Shown here: positions 12,830 to 25,127 of the stretch, in pieces | How the letters are laid out: each line of letters opens with the position of its first letter | How positions within the stretch are numbered: position 1 is the first letter of the stretch | Origin: Torpedo marmorata | Lineage: Eukaryota | DNA length: 64,000 nucleotides | Direction of reading: 5' to 3' | Assembly (NCBI GenBank): GCA_977017645.1 | Contig: OZ360239.1 | Location: 72,292,001-72,356,000, forward strand | The notes under the pieces: generated by a model | What the model saw: the letters and a program-made list of their open reading frames with translations, nothing else | What the model was told of the DNA's origin: nothing | The model's database searches: none | Program-made: the position numbers and the translations under genes

Positions 12830-13210
12830 ATGCAAAGGAACAAACTGCTGGAGGAATTGAGCGGGTTGAGCAACATCTGTTGGGAGGTGGGGGGAAGGGA
12901 GGGAGCTTGAATGATTGATATTTCAGGTCAGTACCTTGTATCAGAACCGGGTGTGGAGTGGGGAGATAGCCAGTATAAAGAGATAATAGAAAGTGATGAG
13001 ACAGGGGCTGGTAGGTGATAGGTTGACTGAGGAGGGGTGAGGGTAGGCAGAGGGAACCAGGTGGGAGAGGAGTGGAGCAGAGACAGAGATAGGTGGGTGA
13101 TAGGTGGACTGAGGAGGGGTGAGGAATGATGGGCAGAGGGAACCAGGTGGGAGAGGGAGAGGTGGAGCTGGGAGACAGAGGTATGCGGGTGATAGGCGCA
13201 AGCAAACAAG
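12830..13210 (-). mobile_element. Old Penelope-type pLTR with internal direct repeats
   Basis: Terminus matches the tgctggaggaa..ag pLTR motif. Degenerate hammerhead-like ctgatac...ctgaaa. The block ggtgatagg..gactgaggaggggtgagg...gcagagggaaccaggtgggagagg is duplicated. Confidence 0.55.
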
Positions 13211-13989
13211 AAAAAAAAGTCAAGAATATATTCTATTATGTTCTTGAGAGGTGCCTTGAATGTGGTGGAAAGGCTTTGTGGTATAATGAGGTGAAGTCAA
13301 TTAGTGTAGGAAAAGCAGACTTCAACAAGCCCTTGTTACTAACGCATCCTCTCCAGGACGTTGATAACTGGGGACTTCGTCAATTATAATACCATTGAAT
13401 ATTGTGTAAATAGGTAGACTCTCTTTTTTTTTGGAAGTGGTCATTACTGAACATTTTCGTGGTGCAAAGATTCACTGACATTGCCTGGTCAAGACCATCA
13501 GTCTTTCCTGAGTGTCTGAACTCACCTTCTATGGCAGAAGCAGCAAAAGTCCCCACTCCATGACATCCAACCACCCACATCCCACCCCCCTACTCCCACC
13601 ATGCTCTGGCTCCTGCATGCATGAGGCCAATGATTGATCACGTGAAGATACAATCCACCTCTCAGATTTCAAATTTATTGTCAGAGTACATACATGACAT
13701 CACATACAACTCTGAGATTCTTTTTCCTCCATCTCTAAGCTACGATTTAGATCAAGGAAGACTGATCTCTTTCCAAAATCACTGGCCTGAATGAGAGGAA
13801 CCAAGGAAGAGAGAGAAAGCAGGCACTGCTAACAGCAGTTCCAACCTGTCCAATCTTGCTTATAGACTCTATGGTGAAGATGAAGGTGAAGTATTTCTGC
13901 ATGGTGTCTCTAATCATCAAAGCAACTGTGGGAAGGTGGTTTCCAAATTCACCTAAAGATAACTAGGCTTAGAAAGTGAAGGTGACTTC

Positions 13990-14510
13990 ACAAAAACTGT
14001 GTACCACATGACTGATTGCATGATGGCCTGGTAGAAACTCCAGTGCCCAGGAACTCAGAAGATTTTGGGAAATGTGAGACATAACCAAATCCATCATGTG
14101 AGGCACTGCCTCAAGAAAGCAGCCAACATTATGAAGGATCCCCTTCACCATGATCATGTTCTCTTCTCACTGCTATTTTCTAGCAGGAGGAACAGAAGCC
14201 AGGTCTGGAAACACTCGGTTCAAGAACAGTTTTATTTCCAACAGCTATCAGGTTTTTGGACCTTCCTGTACTAAACTAACAATAACATTACTCCAGGACC
14301 ATCAAAAGAACGTCTGCACTATTGTAACATTATATTATTTGTACACTAAATGTAACAGGGAATATTTATCTGCCCTTTTATATTTATTTTGATTTTTTTC
14401 ACTCATGTTAAATCATATATTGTTTATGTATTTTATGCACCTATGCAGCTGCAGCAAGCAAGAATTTCAGTGCATCCATACATTGTACTTGTGCAAATGA
14501 CAATAAATTA
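13990..14510 (+). mobile_element. Old Rex1/Babar-type 3' fragment
   Basis: RHCLKKAANIMKDPLHHDHVLFSLL, followed by a tgacaataaa tail. Confidence 0.7.
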
Positions 14511-14928
14511 ATTTTGTGACATGTTCATGGCAATAAATTCTGATTCCCTTATCGTCATCATTATCCTGAGGAACAAATACCAGTGCTTGTCTTTATAAAG
14601 CATTGTTCATGACTTTGAGATACCCCAAGGGGCTTCAGTGGCAAAGAAGTACAGATTCACAGAGTTCTACAGCATGAAAACAAGCCCTTCGGTACAACTT
14701 GTCCTTGCTGGCCAAGCTAGTCCCACTCTCCTACCCTTATCCCTCGAAGCCTTTCCTATCCATGTACCTGTCTAAAGGTCTTTTGAACGTTACAATTGTC
14801 GCCGCTTCTACCACTTGCTCTGGCAGCTCACTCCATATATTTGAAGTGTACATTTGAAGTATATTTGAAACGTAGCCATTGTTGCAAGGTAGAAAGCGTG
14901 GCAAAAAATCTGCCCTGAGCAAGACCAC

Positions 14929-17900
14929 ATCAGAATCAGAATCAGAATCAGAATTTATTGTCATGAACAAGTCATGAAATTCGGTGCTTTGCGGCAGCAT
15001 CATAGTGCAATTAACATTCATATTAACCATTCTAACGACATTACTATATAAAAATTATAAACAATAGTGCACTAGTGTCTTTGGTTCATTGATTGTTCAG
15101 GAATCTGATGGCAGCAGGGAAGAAGCTGACCTTGTGCCGTTGAGTGCTCGTCTTTAGGCTCCTGTACCTTTTCCCCGATGGAAGCAGCGTGAAGAGGGCA
15201 TGGCCTGGGTGGTGGGGGTCCTTGAGGATAGAGGCTGCTTTATTAAGACATCGCCTCATGTAGATGTCCTCGATGGAGTGAAGTTTGGTGCCCGTGATGT
15301 CACAGGCCGAGGTAACAACCTTCTGGAGTTTGCTCTTGTCCTGGGAGTTGGCACCACCATACCAGGCAGTGATGCAACCAGCTAGAATGCTCTCCACGGT
15401 ACACCTGTAGAAGTTCACGAGAGTCTTTGGCGACATACCGAATCTCCGCAATCGCCTCACAAAGTATAGCCGCTGACGAGCCTTCTTTGTGATTGCATCC
15501 ACGTGGATGCTCCAGGACAGATCCTCGGAGATGTTGACACCCAGGAATTTGAAGTTCTTGACCCTCTCCACGACTGAGCCCTCGATGAGGACTGGGTTGT
15601 GTTCCCCTGACTTCCTCCTGAAGTCCACAATCATCTCCTTGGTTTTACTGACGTTGAGCTCGAGGTTGTTGTCATTACACCATTCAATGAGCTGATCTAT
15701 CTCCCTCCTGTACGCTTCCTCATTGCCGTTTGTGATTCTGCCGACAACTGTGGTGTCATCGGCAAACTTGTATATGGCATTGGAATTGTGCCTGGCCACA
15801 CAGTCATGAGTGTATAGCGAGTAGAGCAGTGGACTAAGCACGCATCCTTGGGGTGCGCCTGTGTTGATAATCAGTGAGGAGGAGACGTTGTTTCCAATTC
15901 GTACTGACTGTGGTCTTCCGATGAGAAAGTCAAGGATCCAGTTGCAGAGGGGGGTACAGAGGCCTAGAGTTTGTAGCTTCTTGACCAGCACTGAGGGAAT
16001 AATGGTATTGAAGGCCGAGCTGTAGTCTATGAAGAGCAGCCGTATGTATGAATTGCTGTTTTCGAGGTGATCCAGAGCTGAGTGGAGAGCCAGCGATATT
16101 GCATCTGCTGTGGAGCGATTGTGACGATAGGCGAATTGCAGTGGGTCCAGATCTTTGCTTAGGTATGTGTTAATTCTGGCCATGACCAGCCTCTCAAAGC
16201 ATTTCATCACCGTAGAAGTTAGTGCTACTGGGCGATAGTCGTTGAGGCAGCTCACACTACTCTTCTTGGGCACCGGGATGATTGATGCCCTTTTGAAGCA
16301 GGTGGGAACCTCTGACTGCCGCAATGAGAGGTTGAAAATGTCCGTGAACACTCCGGCTAGTTGGTTGGCGCAGATTTTCAATACCCTGCCAGGTACGCCG
16401 TCAGGGCCTGACGCCTTGCGAGGGTTCACCCTCTTGAATGATGTTCTGACGTCGCCCTCAGAGACAGATATCACAGGGTCCTCTGCCCTCTCAGGGATTC
16501 TATTAGGCACCGTTTTGTTCTTCTTCTCAAAGCGGGCATAGAAGGTGTTCAGCTCATCGGGTAGTGAAGCATCACAGCCGTCTATAGTGTTCGCCCTCGT
16601 TTTGTAGGCTGTAATGGCCTGCACTCCCTGCCATAGCTGGCGTGTATCTGTCTCTGTCTCTAGCTTCCTTCGGAATTGCCACTTTCCTTCAGAGATGGCC
16701 TTCCGCAGGTCGTGCCTGGACTTTTTGTAAAGATCCCGGTCCCCGTCTTTAAACGCCCTTGTTCTCGTCCTCAGCAAGTTGCGAATTCTTTGATTCATCC
16801 AGGGCTTCTGGTTGGGGAACACCCGGTATTTGCGCGTGGGCACACACTCATCCACGCAGGTCTTGATGAAGTCGGTGACACCTGTTGCATATTCATTTAT
16901 GTCTATGGCTGAGTGCTTGAATATGTTCCAGTCCACCGAGTCAAAGCAGTCCTGCAGACGCTCCTCCGCCTCCCTTGACCACACTTTCGCTGTCCTCTCC
17001 ACTGTTGCTGTGGACTTTAGTCTCTGCTTGTACGCCGGGAGTAGAAGTACAGCCAGGTGATCAGACTTGCCGAAGTGCGGTCGTGGTATGGCTCGGTATG
17101 CGTTCTTCACGGTGGTGTAGCAGTGGTCGAGTGTGTTGGTTCCCCTGGTCTTGCAAGTGATGTGTTGGTGGTAGTTTGTCAGTGACTTCTTCAGGTTGGC
17201 CTGATTGAAGTCTCCCACAATGATCGGGAAGGCATCAGGATGTGCTGTCTCATGGCTGTTTATCACAGTGCTCAGTCCCTCCAGTGCCAGCCTGACGTTA
17301 GCCTGGGGCGGAATGTACACTGCGACCAGGATGATGGCGGTGAACTCCCTCGGCAGATAGAATGGGCGACACTTGATCGCCAGATGTTCTAAGTCGGGGG
17401 AGCAGGACTGGGACATGACCGTCACGTCTGTGCACCACGATGAATTGATGATGACACACACGCCGCCTCCCCTGGTTTTTCCAGACGCCGGTGTTCGGTC
17501 AGCGCGGTGGAGGGTGTAGCCCTTGGGCTGTAGCGCCGTGTCCGGAATGTCCTTGTTTAGCCACGTTTCTGTGAAGCACATCACGCAGCACTCCCTGATG
17601 ACTCCCTGATGTTGAATTCTGGCTTGGAGTTCATCAAATTTGTTCTCCAAGGATTGAACGTTGGCCAGGAGGATGGTAGGGAGCGGAAGCTTCAGGTCCC
17701 CCCTTCTCAGTTTGACTTGTAGCCCCCCTCTGCGTCCCCGTGGTCGGGACTTCTTTACCTGGCCCTTGGATCCGCGTCTACGTGGTCGGGACTTCTTTAC
17801 CTGGCCCTTGGATCCGCTGCCGGTAGGTCCCGCAGTGTTTAAACGGACCGTGCGCTGTCCCTTTAAATCCTGCGCGATTTGTAATTGTGTTGAGTGCCTG

Positions 17901-18213
17901 CTGTCTGCGGCTCCCGCGAAGTTTGAACGGCCCGTTCTCTGGCCGTTTAAAACTCCCGCGGTGCCGCAGCTGTACCTGAGTGAGTTGATTGAAGGTCCCG
18001 CGGCCCGACGGAGACTGCAGCTGTACCTTCGTGAGTTCTTTAAAGGTCCCGCGGTTCCGATTCCTAGTTCTTCCAGCGATCTTTGGACATCCCCGTTGTA
18101 GGGTAAGTATGCTTTTGTGTTCCTTCTGATTTTTAGGAGTTCTGAACAGGAATACTTGATTATTCCCGTCAGAGCTGCACGCAAAGAGTCGCCGGTGCAA
18201 GGCGCCATTTTGG
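14929..18213 (-). mobile_element. Full-length Rex1/Babar LINE
   Basis: Starts at an ACCAAAATGGCGCC motif, has a single ORF, and ends in an (ATTCTG)4 tail. It appears to interrupt an older DeuSINE (about 14590-14928 and 18214-18710). Confidence 0.93.
15086..18208 (-). CDS. Rex1/Babar ORF: AP endonuclease plus reverse transcriptase, 1040 aa, uninterrupted
   Basis: APE motifs LANVQSL, FTETWL, VYIPP, GDFN, LDHCY, SDH. RT motifs FIDYSSAFN, PQG, FADD. First ATG is at 18208. Confidence 0.92.
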   Translation of the reverse strand: MAPCTGDSLRAALTGIIKYSCSELLKIRRNTKAYLPYNGDVQRSLEELGIGTAGPLKNSRRYSCSLRRAAGPSINSLRYSCGTAGVLNGQRTGRSNFAGAADSRHSTQLQIAQDLKGQRTVRLNTAGPTGSGSKGQVKKSRPRRRGSKGQVKKSRPRGRRGGLQVKLRRGDLKLPLPTILLANVQSLENKFDELQARIQHQGVIRECCVMCFTETWLNKDIPDTALQPKGYTLHRADRTPASGKTRGGGVCVIINSSWCTDVTVMSQSCSPDLEHLAIKCRPFYLPREFTAIILVAVYIPPQANVRLALEGLSTVINSHETAHPDAFPIIVGDFNQANLKKSLTNYHQHITCKTRGTNTLDHCYTTVKNAYRAIPRPHFGKSDHLAVLLLPAYKQRLKSTATVERTAKVWSREAEERLQDCFDSVDWNIFKHSAIDINEYATGVTDFIKTCVDECVPTRKYRVFPNQKPWMNQRIRNLLRTRTRAFKDGDRDLYKKSRHDLRKAISEGKWQFRRKLETETDTRQLWQGVQAITAYKTRANTIDGCDASLPDELNTFYARFEKKNKTVPNRIPERAEDPVISVSEGDVRTSFKRVNPRKASGPDGVPGRVLKICANQLAGVFTDIFNLSLRQSEVPTCFKRASIIPVPKKSSVSCLNDYRPVALTSTVMKCFERLVMARINTYLSKDLDPLQFAYRHNRSTADAISLALHSALDHLENSNSYIRLLFIDYSSAFNTIIPSVLVKKLQTLGLCTPLCNWILDFLIGRPQSVRIGNNVSSSLIINTGAPQGCVLSPLLYSLYTHDCVARHNSNAIYKFADDTTVVGRITNGNEEAYRREIDQLIEWCNDNNLELNVSKTKEMIVDFRRKSGEHNPVLIEGSVVERVKNFKFLGVNISEDLSWSIHVDAITKKARQRLYFVRRLRRFGMSPKTLVNFYRCTVESILAGCITAWYGGANSQDKSKLQKVVTSACDITGTKLHSIEDIYMRRCLNKAASILKDPHHPGHALFTLLPSGKRYRSLKTSTQRHKVSFFPAAIRFLNNQ

Positions 18214-18387
18214 TCAGTAATACGGGAATCAATCAACTCTTTTAGCTATTAGTTAAGAGATTTTTGTCCAGGGCACAGGAGGACTTCCTTTTCCAAAGTA
18301 ATGTAAAGAGATCTTTCACATTAACCTGCTCGGGGTTTTAGCTTAAAGTCGCGTCTGAAAGATGGCAGCTGAGACAGAACAGCACTA

Positions 18388-18630
18388 GTAAAACACGAAA
18401 ATCTGTAGACACTGTGGTTGAAGTAAAAAACACAAATGCTGGAGAAACTCAGCAGGTCAAACAGTGTCTTTTATGTAGCAAAGGTAGAAATACATAACCG
18501 ACGTTTCGGGCTTGAGCCCTTCATCAAAGTATGAAGGGCTCAAGCCCGAAACGTTGGTTATGTATTTCTACCTTTGCTACATAAAAGACACTGTTTGACC
18601 TGCTGAGTTTCTCCAGCATTTGTGTTTTTT
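18388..18630. mobile_element. Palindromic mini-element made of two inverted Penelope pLTR ends
   Basis: 100-bp arms at 18425-18524 and 18531-18630 with a 6-nt loop. TSD acagaacagcacta at 18374-18387 and 18631-18644. Confidence 0.9.
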
Positions 18631-21566
18631 ACAGAACAGCACTATCTTGATACTCAGCTAAACTATCAGCCAGGGTTACGTGCTCCAGGGACAAATAAGG
18701 GGTATGAATCTAAGTAAATACACAAATGAGCTGCAGAAAGTCAGCAGGTCATGCAGCATCCATAGGAATAAAATAAATAATTAAAAATAAAGGGCGGGGT
18801 TTTTCCAGCACGTTTGTGACGTTTGTGTATTGCACTCAACCCTGGCATCTGCAGACTTTCTTCTTTAACTCTAGGGGTATGAATCTATTGTTTATATTTT
18901 GGTTTTGAAATCTAAGCCCCAAAGGACAAATTAGAGACATCTAGATAAATTAGATTGAAGAATCAACACTCTTTTACGCATACTAGGCCTAGCTATTCTT
19001 TCTAGTTTTGATCCATTTCTTAAATAGATATCCAGTTGACTTTTAAGGGTATTAACCCACACACTGTTATTACTAACAAGGATAATAAATGACTGATTCC
19101 ATTCTGAAATAAATCTTGAGATCGTGTTTAAATTGCAGTCTTTATGTTTCCTCTCTTATAAAAATCTGTTTCAGACAAGAACTAGCGAATCACCTCAACA
19201 GCAATTGCTTTTAATTCAGTCCTTAAAGGGAACAAACAATATAAATCTTTTTGCAACTTAAGTAGAGTCCAGTCCACATCAAATCCCTTGACAGCCAACC
19301 TAAAGATGGAAAGCTGCCACTGAGGAAGATTCACCTCCCCATATGGAATCTGCCACTAAATGAAGTTCTTCAGGAATAAAAAATCTCCTTTCAACCATTA
19401 TAAATAACAATAACAGGCAGTCGGTGAGAATCCATCAGTCTCAGTTTTGAAGGCGGTGTTTTCTCCTATATTATCCTCTCTGTCATGTACTTCTCAGCTT
19501 TTAAAAGAGCCCCTGTCTCATACATCATTTTTATTACAAAGGTTGAAAGCCCCTGAGGGGTTTCCATTCCATGCTGTCCCACCCTTGAAGTCTAACTACC
19601 CCCAAGAACCTTTAGCTCAAAGACAGCAACAATTCCAAGCTACAAGGAACAAATTACCATCCCAATTAAAGGTCCTTTAACATTAAAAAGGCCTGGACAG
19701 CTCCTAACTGCGGCACAAAGTGACTTTCCAGTCAGATCAGCATAAATCTGATCAATCCCAAAACTCAGATTTTGTTTACACTCTTAAAGTGCTGCTGAAT
19801 GGAATCTGTTAGATTAGGATGGTCTAACAGACTTAAAGATTTCAACCCAGGCAACAAGGTGTAAATGTAGTAAATCAATCCCTTCTCAATGACATGAATG
19901 ATGGAAATGTTTAAATCGTGTTCCACTCTACAGGTCAAGTGTGAAAGATGTTCAAATGTAAAAATAAATGCATTTTTATTGATTAGCCATTATCATTGTG
20001 AACATTTTTGTTTCTTACTTCACTATAACATAATGTGTTGTGGTAAATGGTTTTGATAAGGACAGCGCATCAGCTGGGACACGGATCGAGTGGAGGGTTG
20101 GTGTCACCATCAGCAGCAGCTCAATTTCCTGATGTGCAACCTGGCATGAGATTTCATAGGAAGGACCGGCGAGCAGCGTGGCATAGGGAGACCGAGAAAG
20201 GCTGCAGTGGTGGAAATTTGCAATTGTAGGACAAGAATTTCAAGAACATTTCTGTTAAGGTGAAGACTGCCACTCTTCTCATGAGTTACTTTCACTCTTC
20301 TACACTTTTCCCTCACTCCTCCCTTCCTCTCTCCACCTATTTCCTTTCCATTTTACTCATCTCCTCCTCCCACAAGTACTGAAGTCACTCTCTCTCCCAT
20401 TATTCTGTCCTCTCACCTGTTTATTTGTTCTGTGCATTCTTTGCTTTGATCTTTGCTCTCTTCATTTGCGTACACACTCCTGAGGTCAATTTTCATGGCA
20501 CCATAGGGCAATGCCTCACCCATCAAAGAAGTCTTCAGCTGCCATTTACACAGTGAAGTGACAAGAAAGTTAGAGGTAATTACAGTGATTCAGCGCAAAG
20601 TAGAGGAGGACTAAAACTTGAAATTCTCTGACTCATGCTCTCTTAAAATGCCTCCAAACTGGGTGTACAGGAGTACTGAATGAGTACACAAGGTGAACAA
20701 TTCAATCACCCTCGCTGAGGGGGATTAATTCAGTACAGAAAATCCAAAAAAAGTAACTATGCATAGTTTGAAACAAAAATAGCTGTAAAATTTCAGGAGC
20801 TCAGTCATCAAGTGGGGGAAGGAAAGAAAATAAAACAATCTTTCTGATTTAGCTGGGAGCCATCTTCAAAACTCCCAACCACTTTGGAAACTTTACTTCT
20901 TCCAGCAGCTCATTGGGCAATGAAGAATCTTTCTTCAACCCACAATACACTTAGTCAATTGAAAGACAAGTAAGGTATTTATTAACAGAACCTTTTTAGT
21001 CTAATGAATAGCTAAGGCAGTAATCAATTTGTTGATGCAGCTTTGACTTTTAAACCTCACAATTTATTATATAAATTATAGTAATTTGTATGTAAATGCC
21101 AGATCCTGCTGCCTAGTGGTTCAATTAGAAAGCAGCATGAATTCAGGCTACACATCAAATAACTAGTACATTAGACGCTTTAAATGGAAGATAATCCTTC
21201 TTCCTTTGTAAGGAAAATCCCAGAAGGAATATCCTTTCTGTGTCACCCTGCATAAGACTTAAAAAGGTTAAAATTGATCGGGACAATTCTTGAGAATGTA
21301 ATTTTGTTAATAGCAATATCACAAAAAATAGAAAGCTGTTGTAATTATTGACCACATATACAATTACCAATTTTTTAAATTGAAACCAAGAGAATATAAA
21401 AATCTAGAACTTATAAACTGTTAGTAATGGAAGTAACCGTGAAGCAGTAGGTGTCATTACAACCTAACTGCTTCATAATGCCCTATAGGAAGGAGAAAGT
21501 GCCCTTAACTGCTATAGCCTACATAGAATCAAGCCCGATATCTATGTGGTTGAATCGTATAACCAT

Positions 21567-23400
21567 TAGAACATAAGAACATAAGAAATTAGGAACAGGA
21601 GTAGGCCAACCGGCCCATCGAGCCTGCTCTGCCATTCAATAAGATCATGGCTGATCTGATCAATGACATAACTCCACCTACCTGCCCTTTCCCCATATCC
21701 CCTAATTCCTTTTTTATGTAAAAATCTATCCAACTGAACCTTAAATATGTTCAATGAAGCAGCCTCAACCGCTTCCCTGGGTAGAGAATTCCACAAATTC
21801 ACCACTCTTTGGTAAAAACTGTTTTTCCTCATCTCTGTCCTAAATCTACTCCCCCGAATCTTGAGGCTGTGTCCCCTAGTTTTGGTCTCACCCGCCAGTG
21901 AAAAAAACCTTTCTACCTCTATCCTATCCATCCCCTTCATAATTCTATATGTTTCTATAAGATCTCCTCTCATTCTTCTGAACTCGAGCGAGTATAATCC
22001 CAGACAATTTAATCTTTCATCATAAATCAACCCCTTCATCTCAGGGATCAACTTAGTAAACCTTCTCTGGACTGCCTCCAAGGCCAGTATATCCTTCCTC
22101 AAATATGGAGACCAGAACTGCACACAGTACTCCAGGTGCGGTCTCACCAGTACCTTGTACAGTTGCAACATTACCTCCTTGCTCCTGAATTCAATTCCTC
22201 TAGAGATGAAGGCCAACATTCCATTTGCCTTCTTAATAACCTGCTGCACCTGCAACCCAACTTTTTGCGATTCGTGCACAAGCACTCCCAAGTCCTTCTG
22301 CACAACAGCATGCTGCAGTTTTTCACCATTTAAATAATACTCTGCTCTTTTATTTTTCTTGCCAAAGTGGATAACCTCGCACTTACTGACATTGTATTTC
22401 ATCTGCCAGACCTTTGCCTACTCACCTAACTTAACTATATCCCTCTGCAGCCTCTCCACATCCTCAGTACAATTTGCTCTTTCACTCAATTTAGTATCAT
22501 CCGCAAACTTGGCTACACCACATTTTGTCCCCTCCTCCAAATCATCAATGTAAATGATGAACAGTTGTGGGCCCAGCACCGACCCCTGCGGCACCCCACT
22601 TACCACTGTCTGCCAATCAGAAAAACACCCATTTATCCCGACTCTCTGCCTCCTGTCAAACAACCAATCCTCAATCCGTGCCAATATACTTCCCTGGACT
22701 CCATTCACCTGTAACTTACTGATAAGTCACTTGTGCGGCACCTTATCAAACGCTTTCTGGAAATCCAAATATACAACATCAACCTGTTCCCCTTTATCTA
22801 CCGCACCCATTATGTCCTCAAAGAAATCTAACAAGTTTGTCAAACAAGATCTGCCCTTCCTAAACCCATGCCTGATTGAACCCCTTCGTTCTAAATGTCT
22901 CACTATTTCATCCTTAATGACAGCTTCAAGCATTTTCCCAACTACAGACGTTAAGCTAATTGGCCGATAGTTCCCAGTCTCCTGCCTACATCCCTTCTTA
23001 AAAAGTGGCGTGACATTTGCTGTCTTCCAATCTGCCGGGACCTGCCCAGAATCCAGAGAATTTTGGTATATGACCACCAATGCATCGACTATAACTTCTG
23101 CCATTTCCCTCAGAACCCTGGGATGCATTTCATCAGGACCAGGGGATTTGTCCGGCTTTAGTTCCATTAGTTTGTTCATCACTACCTCCTTTGTGACAAC
23201 TATTTTATCAAGGCCTTCACCAACATTCGCATCCATATCTCTGCTCTTTGGCATGCTGGACGTGTCTTCCACCGTGAAGACTGACACAAAATATTTGTTC
23301 AAGGCCTCGGCCATTTCCTCATTATTCAATATCAATTTCCCTTTCTCATCTTCCAAGGGTCCTATGTTAACTCTAGCCAACCTCTTCCGTTTTATATATT
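21567..23400 (-). mobile_element. CR1 LINE, 5'-truncated, RT split into three ORFs
   Basis: NYRPISLTS, YLDFQKAFDKVPH, VPQGSVLGP, KFADD and LVRPHLEYCVQFWSP motifs. Tail is (ATGTTCTT)n. Confidence 0.93.
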
Positions 23401-24074
23401 TATCCCAGACAATTCATTCAGCTCCATCAAGTCATTTTCACCCAGGCCTGCACTGCCTACACAGGGCAATGATGATGCTGTTATGGGTGAAGTATCTCTC
23501 CTGGAGCGTGCATCAAGGCAATCATGAAGAAAGCACACCAATGCCTCTACTTTCTAAGAGGTCTGAGGGGATTTGGTATGTCACCGTATACTCTATCAAA
23601 TTTCTGCTGTGAACTGTGCAAAGTAAACTGACTGGTTACATCTTGGCCTGGTTTGGAAACTCGAGTGCCCAGGAATGCAGAAGGCTGCAGAGAGTGATAA
23701 ACCTAGCCAAGTTCATTAAAGGCACTGACTTCCTGTCCATTGAAAGCATCCATGAGATGCTTGCTCAAGGAGGCAACCAACATCATAAAGGACATAAAGA
23801 TCACAACGTCTTCTCATTGCTACATTGGGGCAGAAGGCTCAAACTAGATTTGCATGAGAGCTCACAGCAACATTAATCATTACAGTTAATGGAATAGCCC
23901 TTGAATATTTTGTGTGTGTAAATGAGGTGAGCCCATGTGGAACTTCCAGAAGACTAGATTACAAATGAATGAGGCAGAAAACAATAGAGAGGATTGAGGG
24001 GTAGAGAGCAATAAAGGTGGGAGTGAAGGGAGAGAGGTGATGGAGGGGAGAGAAGAATCCGTTATACCGCTGAT

Positions 24075-24441
24075 TTTCATTTGTACTCAGCATCTGAAGC
24101 CTCTCGTGTCAGTGTCCAACAATAATCGGCCAGCATTGATGGATTCCAGTTGCCCTGATATCGCTTTTCTATGGTCGCAATATCCTGGTGAAACCTTTCA
24201 TCATGTTCGTCACTGACTGCACCAAGATCAGCAGGGAAGAAGTTCAAGTGCGAATGTAGAAAATGAATTTTCAATGACATGTTGCACTTCATGGTTTTGT
24301 ATGCTTGAAGTAGACTTAAAATATGATAGAAAATCACAAAAAATAGGGTGTTTGATAGGAAACATTTAAGGTGATTTTCATGATCAACAGCCCAAAATAC
24401 ACCCAAAAGTGTTCAGGAAGCAAAATCTTTGTTGTCCAGTA
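24075..24441 (-). mobile_element. Internally deleted CMC/Chapaev3-like DNA transposon remnant
   Basis: C-terminal transposase motif MSLKIHFLHSHLNFFPADLGAVSDEHDERFHQDI...MLADYCW, joined to a terminus ACTGGACAACAAA. Confidence 0.6.
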
Positions 24442-24503
24442 TAATCAGAGGAGGAGAGAAATGGCTCTGGTCGAGACAAAGGTTAATAAGGAAGAGAATC
24501 AGG

Positions 24504-24980
24504 TCTGTCTGTAGCAAAAAAATGCATCAGAGTTACTTGGAAGTCCGACTGCCCCCTTCTCATCACTCGATGGTCTACAGAAATGTACAGCTGTATCCCC
24601 ATGGAAACAATTATATATACCGGTAGTCTTAGAAATAAGTATGATAACTTTGTTAAGTGTGGCAACCATACTTGGAGCACATTGGTGCTCAGTTGTAATC
24701 AAACCCCTGAGGTATTGTATACTGTAATGTATAATTATTTTAAGGGTGTGGCATCCCCAAATACTTTGGAAAAAAAAGTTGTAAACGCTGACGGTACGTT
24801 TAGTTTTCTTATCTTTTTCCTTCTCTTTTGTCTCGGTTTTATTCTTTTTGGGTAGGGAAGGGAGGGTTAAGGGGTGTAATGTATTCTGTACTTGATACGT
24901 TTGAAATATGTGCATAATCGTGATTGTTTATTAATGTTTCGTGAACATTTCTGAAAATGAAAAATAATTTTTTTTTTAAA
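24504..24980 (+). mobile_element. L1-clade LINE 3' end
   Basis: SVAKKCIRVTWKS...SCIPME C-terminus, T-rich 3' UTR and a short A tail. 16-bp TSD aaggaagagaatcagg at 24488-24503 and 24981-24996. Confidence 0.8.
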
Positions 24981-25127
24981 AAGGAAGAGAATCAGGCATG
25001 GTTCAGAATTGAGAATTAGTCAGCAAAAAGATTGTTCAGAGATTGGGAAAATGTGGTGGGCTTGTTTAGAGAGAAGCTTAGGCCAAGATTGGGGATAAGT
25101 TCGGAGTGGTAGGCAGGAAAGGGGGGG

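Noticed and set aside
18209-18232. N-terminal 8 codons of the 1048-aa ORF call
   Set aside because: Non-ATG start lying mostly in flanking DeuSINE sequence; the first ATG is at 18208.
21100-21125. CTCF-like motif (accactaggcagcag on the minus strand)
   Set aside because: Two mismatches in the core, so it is expected by chance.
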